64,000 nt of DNA. It comes from a virus (taxonomy: Duplodnaviria; Caudoviricetes). The stretch spans positions 20,936-84,935 of IMG/VR virus record IMGVR_UViG_3300032292_001093; one strand, 5' to 3'. The position numbers were made by a program, and so were the translations under genes. This document shows, in pieces, positions 37,995-48,925 of the stretch; positions within the stretch are counted from its first letter, which is position 1; every line of letters begins with the position of its first letter. Below the pieces are notes generated by a model. The model did not search any database. It worked only from the letters and a program-made list of their open reading frames with translations, and had not been told where the DNA came from.

Positions 37995-39119
37995 ATGAAA
38001 GTTTTTATTACAACAGATTGGCATTTTGGAGTATATCTTAATAACTTAGATAAGTGGTTAGATATGATGGAAGATTATTTCTATAACTCTTTTATTCCTT
38101 ATATCAGAGAAAATGCTAAACCAGGTGATATTTTAATACACTGTGGTGACTTATATGACAACAGAACATCTATTCCTATCATTGCTTCATACAAAGCAGA
38201 GAAGATACTTCTAGAGCTATCTGAGATACTTCCACTACACATCATCGTGGGTAATCATGACTTATGGAACAAAGGTTCGAATGATATCAATTCAGTTAGA
38301 TTATTTAATCACGTTAATAATGTGAATGTTTATACTAATACAACTACTATTGAAGTAGATGGTCAGAAATTAGTTTTAATGCCTTGGGTTGAAAAGAGAT
38401 TAGATATGATTAAAGAAATTACTAACAATCAAGGCGATTACTTATTCTGTCACTCAGACTTAAATGGCTGTCGCATGCATTTAAATTCAGTAGCACATAG
38501 AAATGCTGATAAAATTGATGTTGATGAGTTTAAGAAATACAAACACGTTTTTAGTGGACATATTCACATTCGTCAAACAAATGAAAATTTCTCGTTTATA
38601 GGCTCTCCATATCAAATGGATAGAAATGATATGGGAGATCAAAAAGGTATCACCATTCTCGACCTAAATAGTGATAAAATTGATTTTGTACCTAACATAT
38701 ACTCTCCAATTTTTAGAAAATTCAGAGTTGTTAATGAAGAAGATATTGATAAATTAGATGAGTTAAGAGGAACTAAAGATTATATTGATTTAGCTATCTC
38801 AAATAACCTGTTAATTAATAACAGAAAACTTCGTAGAAAGTTAGAAGTTATGTTAGAAAAAGGCAACTTTGCTTCTGTAGAATATATCGATGATATTACC
38901 AAAGAGTTAGTTGATGGTGAAGAAGTAAATGAATCCAATGAAGTTGAATTTGATGAGAATGGAATGGAAATATCTGTTCAACTAGAATATGAAGATTACA
39001 TCAAAGAGTATATCTTAAAACAATCTTATGATAATGATAAATTTAAATCAGGAATTGTAAATGAGTTTGATGAAGTCATTAAGATATACAACGAAAATTA
39101 TAAAGTCAAAGCTGACTAA
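37995..39119 (+). CDS. gp47: Recombination endonuclease subunit (gp47/Mre11/SbcD)
   Basis: TDWHFG, GDLYDNR, VGNHD, CHSD, SGHIH, IGSPYQ. Confidence 0.92.
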   Translation: MKVFITTDWHFGVYLNNLDKWLDMMEDYFYNSFIPYIRENAKPGDILIHCGDLYDNRTSIPIIASYKAEKILLELSEILPLHIIVGNHDLWNKGSNDINSVRLFNHVNNVNVYTNTTTIEVDGQKLVLMPWVEKRLDMIKEITNNQGDYLFCHSDLNGCRMHLNSVAHRNADKIDVDEFKKYKHVFSGHIHIRQTNENFSFIGSPYQMDRNDMGDQKGITILDLNSDKIDFVPNIYSPIFRKFRVVNEEDIDKLDELRGTKDYIDLAISNNLLINNRKLRRKLEVMLEKGNFASVEYIDDITKELVDGEEVNESNEVEFDENGMEISVQLEYEDYIKEYILKQSYDNDKFKSGIVNEFDEVIKIYNENYKVKAD

Positions 39120-39122
39120 AAC

Positions 39123-39149
39123 AAAAACTCATCTTTAAGATGGGTTTTT
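39123..39149. terminator. Intrinsic terminator
   Basis: AAAAACTCATCTT-T-AAGATGGGTTTTT. Confidence 0.75.
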
Positions 39150-39413
39150 TATTAACTTTATTTTCAAATCATTTGTACCTTTTATTAATCGATGATAAAC
39201 ACCCATTGGTATAAAGACCTTCTCATTTATTTCTTTAGGTATTTCATTATCAATTTGAATTAACCAATCTGTTTTACCAATAGATTGAATTATTCTATCT
39301 TCTCTATCACGATGCCACATAAATTCACCAGAGTCCGTCTCATGATTGAACTCTCTGATGAATACATTATTACCTAATTTAGTTTCTTGAAAGGGAAGTG
39401 TCATATTAATCAA
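39135..39413 (-). CDS. Small cupin-like phage protein
   Basis: WHRDREDR...W.IQ.D...P....FIP.GVYHRLIKG. Confidence 0.6.
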   Translation of the reverse strand: MINMTLPFQETKLGNNVFIREFNHETDSGEFMWHRDREDRIIQSIGKTDWLIQIDNEIPKEINEKVFIPMGVYHRLIKGTNDLKIKLIKNPS

Positions 39414-40212
39414 TTTTAAACTTTGTTTTGTTTAACATATTTATTATATAATCTGCGTATTGTTCAGATGTAAACTTTTTTCCATACTGTGATTTAAGTT
39501 TTTGAAACTGATCATTCACCTTATTCGCAATCATTAAACCAAAACTATTTTTATCTTTACCTTTTGCGGTATCTATTCCAAAATCATAAGCTCTTTTCTT
39601 AACTTGTATACCAGTTTTCTTCAACCAATTATTATATACTTCTAATACTTTATTTTTATCATCATCTTTATACCAATAAAACTTTAGGTGGTCATTGTCT
39701 TCTATAAAATGTTTAGCATCATATCCACATTTGAAAGAAATTGCCGAGTTTTTTAATTCACCTTCTGTACAAGCTTTGTAAAAGTCACTTATAAGAGTTG
39801 CGAGTCCATTGAACCATCTTTTCAGATTGTCTTCACTTTTCTCAAATGTTACATAAAAGTTTTTTGTTATTTCTTGATCACCTATTACTTCTTTTTGTTT
39901 AAGACTTGAGTTATAATTTACACCAAACCACTCATTTTGGTCATCCTGTCCAATTTTCATTACTCCACTTTTATACTTAGCTAAGTATTCATCAAGTATT
40001 TTTTTCCAATTAGGAGATACTTTTTGAATAAAATCATTAAGTTCTGTATGTTCTTCTTTTCCTCGAATTATATTTTGATATATCCAAGAAGAAAAATCCA
40101 TATCTACTCCATTTAAACTACTATTTATAAAATAAATTAGTTTTTTTCTTCTCTCGTCACTGATTGTAAAAAATTCAGATTCAAATAAATGATATGTTTT
40201 TAAGTGTTTCAT
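39406..40212 (-). CDS. Hypothetical protein with CTS-like leader (MKHLKTYHLFESE)
   Basis: ORF and shared leader. Confidence 0.7.
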   Translation of the reverse strand: MKHLKTYHLFESEFFTISDERRKKLIYFINSSLNGVDMDFSSWIYQNIIRGKEEHTELNDFIQKVSPNWKKILDEYLAKYKSGVMKIGQDDQNEWFGVNYNSSLKQKEVIGDQEITKNFYVTFEKSEDNLKRWFNGLATLISDFYKACTEGELKNSAISFKCGYDAKHFIEDNDHLKFYWYKDDDKNKVLEVYNNWLKKTGIQVKKRAYDFGIDTAKGKDKNSFGLMIANKVNDQFQKLKSQYGKKFTSEQYADYIINMLNKTKFKID

Positions 40213-40967
40213 AGTTTAATTTTCCAAATTTTAGGATTTATACCACTTCCAATGTAAAATGCCATTCTTCTATTACCGCCAACAAGATACATTTTACCAT
40301 CTATCTCTAAAACTGATGAAGCAGAAACTTGACCTTCTTTAATTTGTTTATCTAATATATTCCAAGTATTTTGATAGTAGTCATACTGACCAGCTCTTCT
40401 TATGTCATCTTTAAGTTCAGGAAATTTATCAAATAAACCTGTTTGATAAATACTTAAACCATGTTTTGATAATTCACCAGTAGCCTTATCATAAGATGAC
40501 TGAAGTTTTTTAACTAATTCGGCATCTTTCAAGAAATCACTAAAATCGCCTCTATCAATTGAATTAGAATCTTGTGCTATTTTTTCAACATCTTTTCTTG
40601 TAGTTGGTGTTAAAACACCTCTATCAAATAATTTCTTAGACCAAATAATAAAAGGTTTATATTTTTCAGATGAAACTTTAACCTTATCACTCTCTTTAAC
40701 TTCTATAGTAAATTCTTTAAGTTTAAGAAGATCATCAGTTGTATATTGATCAGATTCAAATTTTGGATCAATATGTCTTTCAAATTCTTTTGGTTCGCCA
40801 AAATTTTCACTTGACATATCAAATATACTTTTATCTATATCTTTAGGTAGTTTATCCTGAAGTTTAGAAAAAATTCTAAACATTTCTTTTATTTCAAACT
40901 CACCTCTTTTGTAATTAACTAGTGTATCTGATGAAACAAATTCTTCATATAGTTTTAAGTACTTCAT
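40209..40967 (-). CDS. Protein with CTS-like leader and C-terminal ParB/Srx-like motif
   Basis: MKYLKLYEEF; YLVGGNRRMAF. Confidence 0.6.
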   Translation of the reverse strand: MKYLKLYEEFVSSDTLVNYKRGEFEIKEMFRIFSKLQDKLPKDIDKSIFDMSSENFGEPKEFERHIDPKFESDQYTTDDLLKLKEFTIEVKESDKVKVSSEKYKPFIIWSKKLFDRGVLTPTTRKDVEKIAQDSNSIDRGDFSDFLKDAELVKKLQSSYDKATGELSKHGLSIYQTGLFDKFPELKDDIRRAGQYDYYQNTWNILDKQIKEGQVSASSVLEIDGKMYLVGGNRRMAFYIGSGINPKIWKIKL

Positions 40968-40982
40968 TTAATATTAATTATT

Positions 40983-41744
40983 TTACCAATAACCAGGATA
41001 AGTTTTTCCACCCCACAAGTGTCCATATTTGTTAATTCTACAAGCCCAATATCCAGCTTTAGTTTTATCTTTTTTCATATCACAGTTATGTCTAGCCGCA
41101 AATGACTTTCTAGCTTTAGGATTACTAACTTTAGCTGTTAATCCACCGTGAACATCACCAAATGCTATCTTTTTAACTTTGCCAGTTTTAGGATTCTTAA
41201 CATAAACTTGATACTTTTTAGCACCACCTCTCATAGGGTAGTTTAATTTAACTTCTTTATTGTGATATTTGGCCTCAAATACATAAGCATCTTGACCATC
41301 ATCATATTTACACTTACAAGGTTGACCATCAAATTCTCCTTCAAAAGAAATACAAGATGATTCACCATTCTTTGTCCAAGTTGTTGGTTTAATATTTGTA
41401 ACCATTTTACCCATAACATCATATTTGAAATCAGGAGTTACATCATGTATAGAAAATGCTGGTTGATTTGTCTCAACAACAAATTCCATTGGTAAATCTA
41501 AAGGAACTAGTTCACCATTGTACATTCCAAACTTACCAATATCAGTTGATTCGTATAATTCTTTATCAACATCACATAGATTAACTCTACCTAAATCAAA
41601 TAACTCTCTTGCTTCTTTGATTACTTCATAGAAAGCATCAGAACCCGGTCTGAATATATTTTCAGTAATAGGTTTATTATTCTCTAAATGATATTTAAGA
41701 GATTCTGATATATTTACAGATTCTGTGAATTTAATAATTTTCAT
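40983..41744 (-). CDS. Phage protein with basic C-terminal domain (ARKSFAARHNC...AGYWAC)
   Basis: Motif familiar from T4-like phage hypothetical proteins; MKIIKFTES leader. Confidence 0.6.
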   Translation of the reverse strand: MKIIKFTESVNISESLKYHLENNKPITENIFRPGSDAFYEVIKEARELFDLGRVNLCDVDKELYESTDIGKFGMYNGELVPLDLPMEFVVETNQPAFSIHDVTPDFKYDVMGKMVTNIKPTTWTKNGESSCISFEGEFDGQPCKCKYDDGQDAYVFEAKYHNKEVKLNYPMRGGAKKYQVYVKNPKTGKVKKIAFGDVHGGLTAKVSNPKARKSFAARHNCDMKKDKTKAGYWACRINKYGHLWGGKTYPGYW

Positions 41745-41760
41745 AAAATTATATTTTTAT

Positions 41761-42162
41761 TTATTGACCAGCAATTGAGTTCATAAAGTCAGCTATATTC
41801 ATAACTTTAACATCAGTTTCTGGATTTGATTCCTCTTCAGAACCACAAGCACAGTCTTGACAACCACAACTACAACCCTCTTCTTGCTCAGGTTCAAAAG
41901 AATGTGGAGTGTTATATTCTTCTTCAGATTCTTCTTCACCTTCAGGTTTAACCTCAACCTCAACTTCAATTGTAAAGTTTTCAAAGCTTTTAACTTTTCT
42001 TAGTTTATCAAATTCTTTTTTAACTTTTTCTTGGTCTTCGACATCGGTCGTAAATGATGGTTTCTCATCTTTATCTACTAAAACTTCAGCATTAAAAAGA
42101 ACTTCTTGGTCTTCAATCTTGTCTTCTTTTTTGGTTTCATTAAATTTTTTAATGTGTTTCAT
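41761..42162 (-). CDS. Acidic protein with CTS-like leader and Cys cluster
   Basis: MKHIKKFNE, internal KVKSFENF, CSCGCQDCACG. Confidence 0.7.
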   Translation of the reverse strand: MKHIKKFNETKKEDKIEDQEVLFNAEVLVDKDEKPSFTTDVEDQEKVKKEFDKLRKVKSFENFTIEVEVEVKPEGEEESEEEYNTPHSFEPEQEEGCSCGCQDCACGSEEESNPETDVKVMNIADFMNSIAGQ

Positions 42163-42252
42163 AATTATTAGTTTATTTTGATACTCTTATATATTAAATT
42201 CACCTACTAAGAAAAGATAAATTAATATATATGTAAAAGTTTATAATAATAG

Positions 42253-45200
42253 ATGTCAAATCATAAGAACTTATTATTTTTCAATAAAGAAGGGGATAAT
42301 TTAAATTTTAATTATAGTGATATAAATGATAGATTCGAAGGATCTATAATGTTTCATGAGAACTCAAACGATACGTTTAAAACTGCGGGTATTTATACAT
42401 TAGAAAAGATTCCATCTTTTGAGTTTGAAAAACCAGGTGAAATGTATTTGAGTAAATTTCAGTTATTCAATGAATTTGGATTTGACTTTTACGAGGGTAA
42501 ATATTTTACTCAATCCGTAACAAAGATTGAACCTATTAACAACGATCCTAACTTTTATTCAAAATGGATTTATGGTGAAAAGTTTGATATATTTTTTCCA
42601 ATTGGAACTATTATTAGATTCAATTCGTCATTTTTAGAATTCACTAATCCATTACAAACATATACCGTTGTATCTGTAAAAAAAGGAGCTATAATGATTA
42701 TAAGCTCTGTGGATAACGCCACATTTGAAGTTAACTATTATAATGAATACATATACAATGATACTTACTTAGGCAAATCTATATCAGCCATTAACGCAAT
42801 AGGTGTTTATAATTACATAGATGGTTCTTATAAAGATAATTTATCAGCTTGGAATGAACCAAGTTTTTATGATAAATTATACAAAAGAAAAAAACTTAAT
42901 ATTATAAATAGTGAGTTTAATAATAAAACGGTCACTGTTTTAGAAAAAGAAATAACAGATACTAGATTTTTTGAATACTACACTTCAAATATAGATAATA
43001 ATCAAGATTTGATTATAGAAGTTGCTTCAAAAACTGATTTACCTAAAATATATGAAGGTTCATTATCATTTGAATACACTGCTGGAACTTGGTCTACACC
43101 TGAAATCAATAAATTAGTTTTTGGTGGACTAGTACCGCAAGTTTTAAAGTCAGGTAGAGAATTTAAAGTAATTGGCTCTAATAATAATCAAAATTTCTTT
43201 ACAGTCGCTAGTATTCCAACATTTTACGGAAATAGTCAACAAACATTTTATGATGTTAAATCTCAGGTATTATTTAATAATAAAATATATGAGTGTATTC
43301 AAGCTTATACTCAAAGTTTTGCTTTAGAATCGACACAATTTATAACACCGACAAATGAGCCAACATATTGGACAGATATAATTTCTCATGTAAAAGTTGA
43401 CCAACAAATAACTCCGGAATTCTTATCAAGTTGTCAAGTTTATCTAACTACTGATAAACTTTATTTCTCACACGGCTATACACAAAGCTCGCAAGTGACT
43501 TTAGCATCTGCTGCTGAAAAATACGCAAGTGACTTAAAATCATTCAATGTTGAACTTTTTTACGAAAAAGGTCAATTGAAGGCTGATTTGATGTATCCAA
43601 GTAAATATGTAGAGGTAAATTACTATCAAGGATCAGTTGGTCCAACATATTCTATTGGTAATATTAAACAAACATATGAAAGACTAATTCAAGTATCAGA
43701 ACCATTAACAAAGGAATTAAATTATAACTTCTCATCAAATCATTCAGTTAATATAGTATTTACTGACTTAGATGAATATGGTTTTAAATTAATAGTAAAT
43801 AAACAAGTATTTGAAGAAGAAATAGCATGGGTTTATAGTGGTATCGGACCAGACATGGTAAGAACTATTGATAGAACTCTTAGAACTTGGTTAACAAGAA
43901 ATTATATCAATCTTCAAAAATTAGGAATAATAGCCGATTTACAATATATTGGATCATTTACTTCACCTTTTTACAACTCAATAAAATTACACACAGAATA
44001 TCCAAATGTTGAAATGTATGTAAATGATGTTAAAGTTGGAACAACTGCTAATTATTACATAGAACACTCAAAAGTTTTATTCAATGATATGGGTAGTTAC
44101 TTATCATTAGAAATCAATAGTGATACTTATGACCAAAGTACAATATATTTAACAGGAACTTATTCACAATATCCTAATATACCAGCTACATTACAAGCTT
44201 GGGTAGATGAACATGGATCATACTTAGCAAATTATGGAATATTAGTAACTAATATACACAATTTATTAAAATTTGATGTTAAAAAATTAGATAGAAGACT
44301 AGATTATACTATAACAACCGGTAAGAGTTCTCTACCAGGTATGAGTGATTATATAATTACTAAAAAAATTAAAGGAAATAATGGTGTAGTTATAACATCT
44401 AATGAAGTTAGACTACCAGATTCTGCTTCAGGTACTTATTCATTTGAAGATGCTGGTTTCGCAACCGGAATGGCATTTTCCATAAATAACACATTTCACA
44501 CTTGGAATAATACAGAGTTTAATGTTCAGTTTTTAGATCCAGAAGTTATGAATTTAAGTTACCAAGGACCATTCTGGGGCACTAAAGACCCCACTTGTAA
44601 CTCATCAGCTTTTATAACACTAGCATTTGAAATTGGATTTGGACAAACTGCTTGTGATCCAATTATTGGACCAACTGGAGGTTCAAGTGGCGGTCCATTT
44701 AATTTACAACAATTTAGTAGTGCGTTTAGTTTAGCCTATAATCCAAATGTTTACACAACGAATACATATAACCTACAACAATATAATGGTACTAATAATT
44801 TAGTTGATATATCTTATGTTCAATTATCTAACGCAATTTATGCTTTCGGAGATGAGGTTATAGTAATGGATGCGTTCTTAACAGATTACTTAACAAATAT
44901 TCCTTTACCAGGAAATACACAAAGTAAAAAAATGGAATTTAATCCAGTTAATAACTACTTATATTGTGTTTCTAATAAAATCATTTACGCTATTGACCCT
45001 TTAATAAACACAGTAGTTAAATCGATGACATTCTCAAATACATCATTGATTATTGATGATGTTAAATTTAACACATCAAATGGTGATATGTATATTTCTT
45101 TTATAAATTCACCAACAGTTGATATTTATAACTCAAGTAACAATTACTATACTACTTTATCAGGATCTACAACAAACTTCCCATCAGGTGCTGTATCAAC

Positions 45201-48174
45201 TGGAAAAATGGCTTTCAATGAATTTGAAGGCGATATGTATATTCAAACTTTTGGTACACTAGACCAAGTTATAAGAGTAAATACAAATAGAACTATACAA
45301 ACATCTTATGGTATATCAGGTTTAACGGGTTCTTTATTTTATGAACCGGTAAATGAGTCAGTTTATGCTTACGACGCATCAAATCTTTGGAAAATTGATA
45401 ATGGATTAACAGTTTCTATATCAGGCGTATCAGTGACTGGATTCTCAGATATTATATTTAATAATTTAACGGGTCAGATGGATTTATCAGACTCATCAAC
45501 AGCCTTCAGAGGAATTGATTTAACTACAAATAATGTAGGATTTACAACATATCTTGGTAATTATGGTCATTTAGCACTAAATCAATATGATGGAAGTGTT
45601 TACATGTCATCCAAAGGATCTAGTGCTATAGTGGTTATTAACCCAGTAGATGGAACATCTCTTAATATCAATCCAATGACTTCGATGACTGATAGAATAA
45701 TCTATAATCCTGAAAGAAAATCAATTTGGACTATACAACCAGGATTAAATTCTATAATAGAGGTTGAGGTTACACTTAATAGCACAATAACACCTGAAAT
45801 AGTACCATCGGTTCCTATATCAGAAGATAATAGATATGGTACATTAAATCCAGATTATGTACCACATGATAGTTTATGGTTAAAAACTAAAGAATATTTA
45901 AGAAAACCAAGAGAGAATTTTTCTCAAGAGGCAAGAGTCGAATACTATTGGAAATGGTATTCTGATGTATCACCAGAATTCTTTATTTATGACTTCTCAG
46001 GAACTCAGTTAACTAATTCAGGTAGTTATTCATACACAGGACCTAAACCTTTACCAACGGTTGTTTTAAATAAAAAGCCTAATAAAGATTTAACAAAATT
46101 AGATTCTCCGGAATATCAACAAACAATATTTGATGAGGTTTACTACCCATTAAGTTATATTGATGACGAAACAAATATATCAACAGCACCAGAACCTTTA
46201 GAATTATTCTTAGGATTTAGAGCTGATGATGAAGGAGCAATAAGATCGATATTACAGCTTTATAAAAAAGAAGATGTCTCTTTATCAATTAATTCAACAT
46301 CTACTAATAACACTTTTATAACTTTAGAAACTTTAGATCCAAATGGACCAGATAAAAGAGGTTTGATAAAATTAAATACAAACTCATCTGAATACTTTAC
46401 AGAAAAAGGTCTTAAAGAAGGACAACTAATAGCCGTTTACATAAAAGATAATATGAATAAAAAGAATCAGTATATCTCACATAATAATGGTTCAGTTTTT
46501 AAAATTAGGAGTGTATTTTATAAAACTCTTATTGTTGATTTCTTAGGAATAAATGATTATTTATTTACTGAAAGTACTTTAATTTCGAATTATCCAACTT
46601 CAGGAAATACAACGTATTGTAAATTTGATATTAACGTAATTGATAGAGAAATTGGAAGATTCATAACTTATGGTCAAACTGAGATTGAGGATATACGATT
46701 CAAAACAGAATTGGGCAATGTTGGTAAATTAATAGCACCAAATGAAGTATTTATTTTCAAAGACTATGATGTTTTAGAAGGTGGTATTGATTGGACTTAT
46801 CTTAATAAGAAGAGAAAAGAAATGTTAATGATGAAACACTTGATATATCCTTATATCGGTGCTTATAAATCAATTATTAATGCTATTAACTTTTTTGGTT
46901 ATAACGATTTACAATTAAATGAGTATTATAGAAATATAAATCCAGAGTCTGAAAAATTCTTAAAATTATTTAAGCAGGAAATACCTGATATATTTGATAA
47001 TACGGTTGAGGGTTGGACTGAAAGTGACTTCATTACAAATAACTTCCCTAATGATGATTATGAAGAAACTAGAATGTTTAACTTAACATATAACATAACT
47101 GATAAAGATGGAAATAATATCATTAATTATTCAATTGATGAGGTAATTATTAAATTACAAGGTCTTAAATACTGGTTAAAAAGAAATATTATACCTTTAA
47201 CTCATAAGATATTAGACATAACAGGTAGAGCTTATTTCAAAAATCAAACTGAAATAACACACACATCATATGATATTCAAATGATTAATATTAGACAAAA
47301 TATGACACCAATTTCATTCAAATTGAATGAAGTTTATCTTATGCCTATTAATAGTGGATCAACCGTATATAACTGTGTAATTGATTTCTATTCAATAGTA
47401 GATGGTGTTGGTGCTGATAAAAATCCAACAGGATTACTAACACCACCTAAACCATTTAATGGATCTAATCTTGATTTACCTGATTATTTTGATATAACAA
47501 TAAGAACTTATAAAACATATAAAGAATGGGCACCATTTACAACTTATAATACTGGTGATAAAATTTCATACTACGGTAAATTATACGAGTCACAAGTTGA
47601 CGGTAATAAAATTAAAAATCCGAAAAAGTATGAAAACTTAACAAGCTGGGTTTCGGGTGGTTCATATTCAGTAACTACCACGGTTGAATATAACAGAGAT
47701 GTTTTTGTTTATAGTGGATTAGGAACTATGTCATCTACTGCTAGTTCTATCATACCACCAATAAATGATAGTGACAATTGGTTAAAAATAACCGAATGGA
47801 AAGAAATAAATTATGAACCAGTACAAACTATTAAGGAGTTTAGAAAAATTAATAAACCAGATGATACAAGAGTTTACCCACAGATAGGTGGTAATTCAAA
47901 TCCAATGCCACCATCTAGCATTCCTATTGATTCAAATACGTTAGAAGTTTACTCACCGAAAGGCAATAATTCAAATCCAATATTACCTTTTAATTTTACA
48001 ATTGATTCTAATATAGATCCATTTATTGTGATTGAAGTTACCTCAGACAATGGTTATGGTTTAATTTATAGAGATAAAAAGAATTATGAAATAAGAGGTC
48101 TTAAAGATTTAACGGAACCAACTACTTATATTGATTTAATAGGTCCATTTCAACCAATAACTCCAATTTATTAA
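42253..48174 (+). CDS. Large baseplate/tail structural protein (wedge gp7/P2-I-like segment, beta-propeller and CBM5/12-like motifs)
   Basis: YIGAYKSIINAINFFGY; repeated (F/Y)NP.N..(L/M)Y blades; W....Y..GD.I.Y.GKLY motifs. Confidence 0.6.
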   Translation: MSNHKNLLFFNKEGDNLNFNYSDINDRFEGSIMFHENSNDTFKTAGIYTLEKIPSFEFEKPGEMYLSKFQLFNEFGFDFYEGKYFTQSVTKIEPINNDPNFYSKWIYGEKFDIFFPIGTIIRFNSSFLEFTNPLQTYTVVSVKKGAIMIISSVDNATFEVNYYNEYIYNDTYLGKSISAINAIGVYNYIDGSYKDNLSAWNEPSFYDKLYKRKKLNIINSEFNNKTVTVLEKEITDTRFFEYYTSNIDNNQDLIIEVASKTDLPKIYEGSLSFEYTAGTWSTPEINKLVFGGLVPQVLKSGREFKVIGSNNNQNFFTVASIPTFYGNSQQTFYDVKSQVLFNNKIYECIQAYTQSFALESTQFITPTNEPTYWTDIISHVKVDQQITPEFLSSCQVYLTTDKLYFSHGYTQSSQVTLASAAEKYASDLKSFNVELFYEKGQLKADLMYPSKYVEVNYYQGSVGPTYSIGNIKQTYERLIQVSEPLTKELNYNFSSNHSVNIVFTDLDEYGFKLIVNKQVFEEEIAWVYSGIGPDMVRTIDRTLRTWLTRNYINLQKLGIIADLQYIGSFTSPFYNSIKLHTEYPNVEMYVNDVKVGTTANYYIEHSKVLFNDMGSYLSLEINSDTYDQSTIYLTGTYSQYPNIPATLQAWVDEHGSYLANYGILVTNIHNLLKFDVKKLDRRLDYTITTGKSSLPGMSDYIITKKIKGNNGVVITSNEVRLPDSASGTYSFEDAGFATGMAFSINNTFHTWNNTEFNVQFLDPEVMNLSYQGPFWGTKDPTCNSSAFITLAFEIGFGQTACDPIIGPTGGSSGGPFNLQQFSSAFSLAYNPNVYTTNTYNLQQYNGTNNLVDISYVQLSNAIYAFGDEVIVMDAFLTDYLTNIPLPGNTQSKKMEFNPVNNYLYCVSNKIIYAIDPLINTVVKSMTFSNTSLIIDDVKFNTSNGDMYISFINSPTVDIYNSSNNYYTTLSGSTTNFPSGAVSTGKMAFNEFEGDMYIQTFGTLDQVIRVNTNRTIQTSYGISGLTGSLFYEPVNESVYAYDASNLWKIDNGLTVSISGVSVTGFSDIIFNNLTGQMDLSDSSTAFRGIDLTTNNVGFTTYLGNYGHLALNQYDGSVYMSSKGSSAIVVINPVDGTSLNINPMTSMTDRIIYNPERKSIWTIQPGLNSIIEVEVTLNSTITPEIVPSVPISEDNRYGTLNPDYVPHDSLWLKTKEYLRKPRENFSQEARVEYYWKWYSDVSPEFFIYDFSGTQLTNSGSYSYTGPKPLPTVVLNKKPNKDLTKLDSPEYQQTIFDEVYYPLSYIDDETNISTAPEPLELFLGFRADDEGAIRSILQLYKKEDVSLSINSTSTNNTFITLETLDPNGPDKRGLIKLNTNSSEYFTEKGLKEGQLIAVYIKDNMNKKNQYISHNNGSVFKIRSVFYKTLIVDFLGINDYLFTESTLISNYPTSGNTTYCKFDINVIDREIGRFITYGQTEIEDIRFKTELGNVGKLIAPNEVFIFKDYDVLEGGIDWTYLNKKRKEMLMMKHLIYPYIGAYKSIINAINFFGYNDLQLNEYYRNINPESEKFLKLFKQEIPDIFDNTVEGWTESDFITNNFPNDDYEETRMFNLTYNITDKDGNNIINYSIDEVIIKLQGLKYWLKRNIIPLTHKILDITGRAYFKNQTEITHTSYDIQMINIRQNMTPISFKLNEVYLMPINSGSTVYNCVIDFYSIVDGVGADKNPTGLLTPPKPFNGSNLDLPDYFDITIRTYKTYKEWAPFTTYNTGDKISYYGKLYESQVDGNKIKNPKKYENLTSWVSGGSYSVTTTVEYNRDVFVYSGLGTMSSTASSIIPPINDSDNWLKITEWKEINYEPVQTIKEFRKINKPDDTRVYPQIGGNSNPMPPSSIPIDSNTLEVYSPKGNNSNPILPFNFTIDSNIDPFIVIEVTSDNGYGLIYRDKKNYEIRGLKDLTEPTTYIDLIGPFQPITPIY

Positions 48175-48177
48175 AAT

Positions 48178-48209
48178 AAAAAAACCTCTGTGAAAACAGA
48201 GGTTTTTTT
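48178..48209. terminator. Bidirectional intrinsic terminator
   Basis: AAAAAACCTCTG-TGAAAA-CAGAGGTTTTTT. Confidence 0.85.
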
Positions 48210-48223
48210 AATTAACTAATTTA

Positions 48224-48898
48224 TTATTCAGTTACTTTTTCTTTTTTAGATTTAGTATTTGGCTCAGATACATTTTCAAACTTATCAGATACAACACCAT
48301 CCTCAAATGTAAGAACCCAATCTTGGATATCTTGTGAAAGGTTTTTACTTGCTGCTTCATAATAATTAAACATTTTACTGATACCACCAATTCTTAAAAG
48401 AATCTTAGAGAAAGTATAAGCATCTTTAGTAAGACCTTTTACTTTATGTTTAGAAATCAAATGGTAGATATAAGTGATTTCCGTAGCATTAACAGCAAAA
48501 GCAATCAAATCATCATCATTTGTATATTTAGCTTCTTTCATAGAACCTAACATATTTGTCAATTCAATAGCAAAGAATACTGTATTAACATCATATTCCA
48601 TTTTAGTAAGAATTAAATCTGTTAAAAACTTATGCTGAGGTCTATTTAATTGAAAATTATACTTAGCTTCTTTAAGAGCCGCTGAGTAAGAACTCCACAA
48701 ACCTTGAGATTCTAAATAAAGACTATCTTTTTCTCCCTCAGATTTACCTTTACCTGAGTTATTTTTCATAAAACTCTCAATGTCTTTAATTTTAGAATCC
48801 AATAAAGACTCTTCTTGAGCTGTTATGATTAAATTATCCATCTCATTTTCAAAAAATGATGTTTCTGGTTTTACTACTTTTGTTTCAATCTTTTCCAT
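48224..48898 (-). CDS. Hypothetical protein
   Basis: 224-aa ORF. Confidence 0.7.
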   Translation of the reverse strand: MEKIETKVVKPETSFFENEMDNLIITAQEESLLDSKIKDIESFMKNNSGKGKSEGEKDSLYLESQGLWSSYSAALKEAKYNFQLNRPQHKFLTDLILTKMEYDVNTVFFAIELTNMLGSMKEAKYTNDDDLIAFAVNATEITYIYHLISKHKVKGLTKDAYTFSKILLRIGGISKMFNYYEAASKNLSQDIQDWVLTFEDGVVSDKFENVSEPNTKSKKEKVTE

Positions 48899-48925
48899 AT
48901 ATAATTTTATTTATTTTATTTTTTA

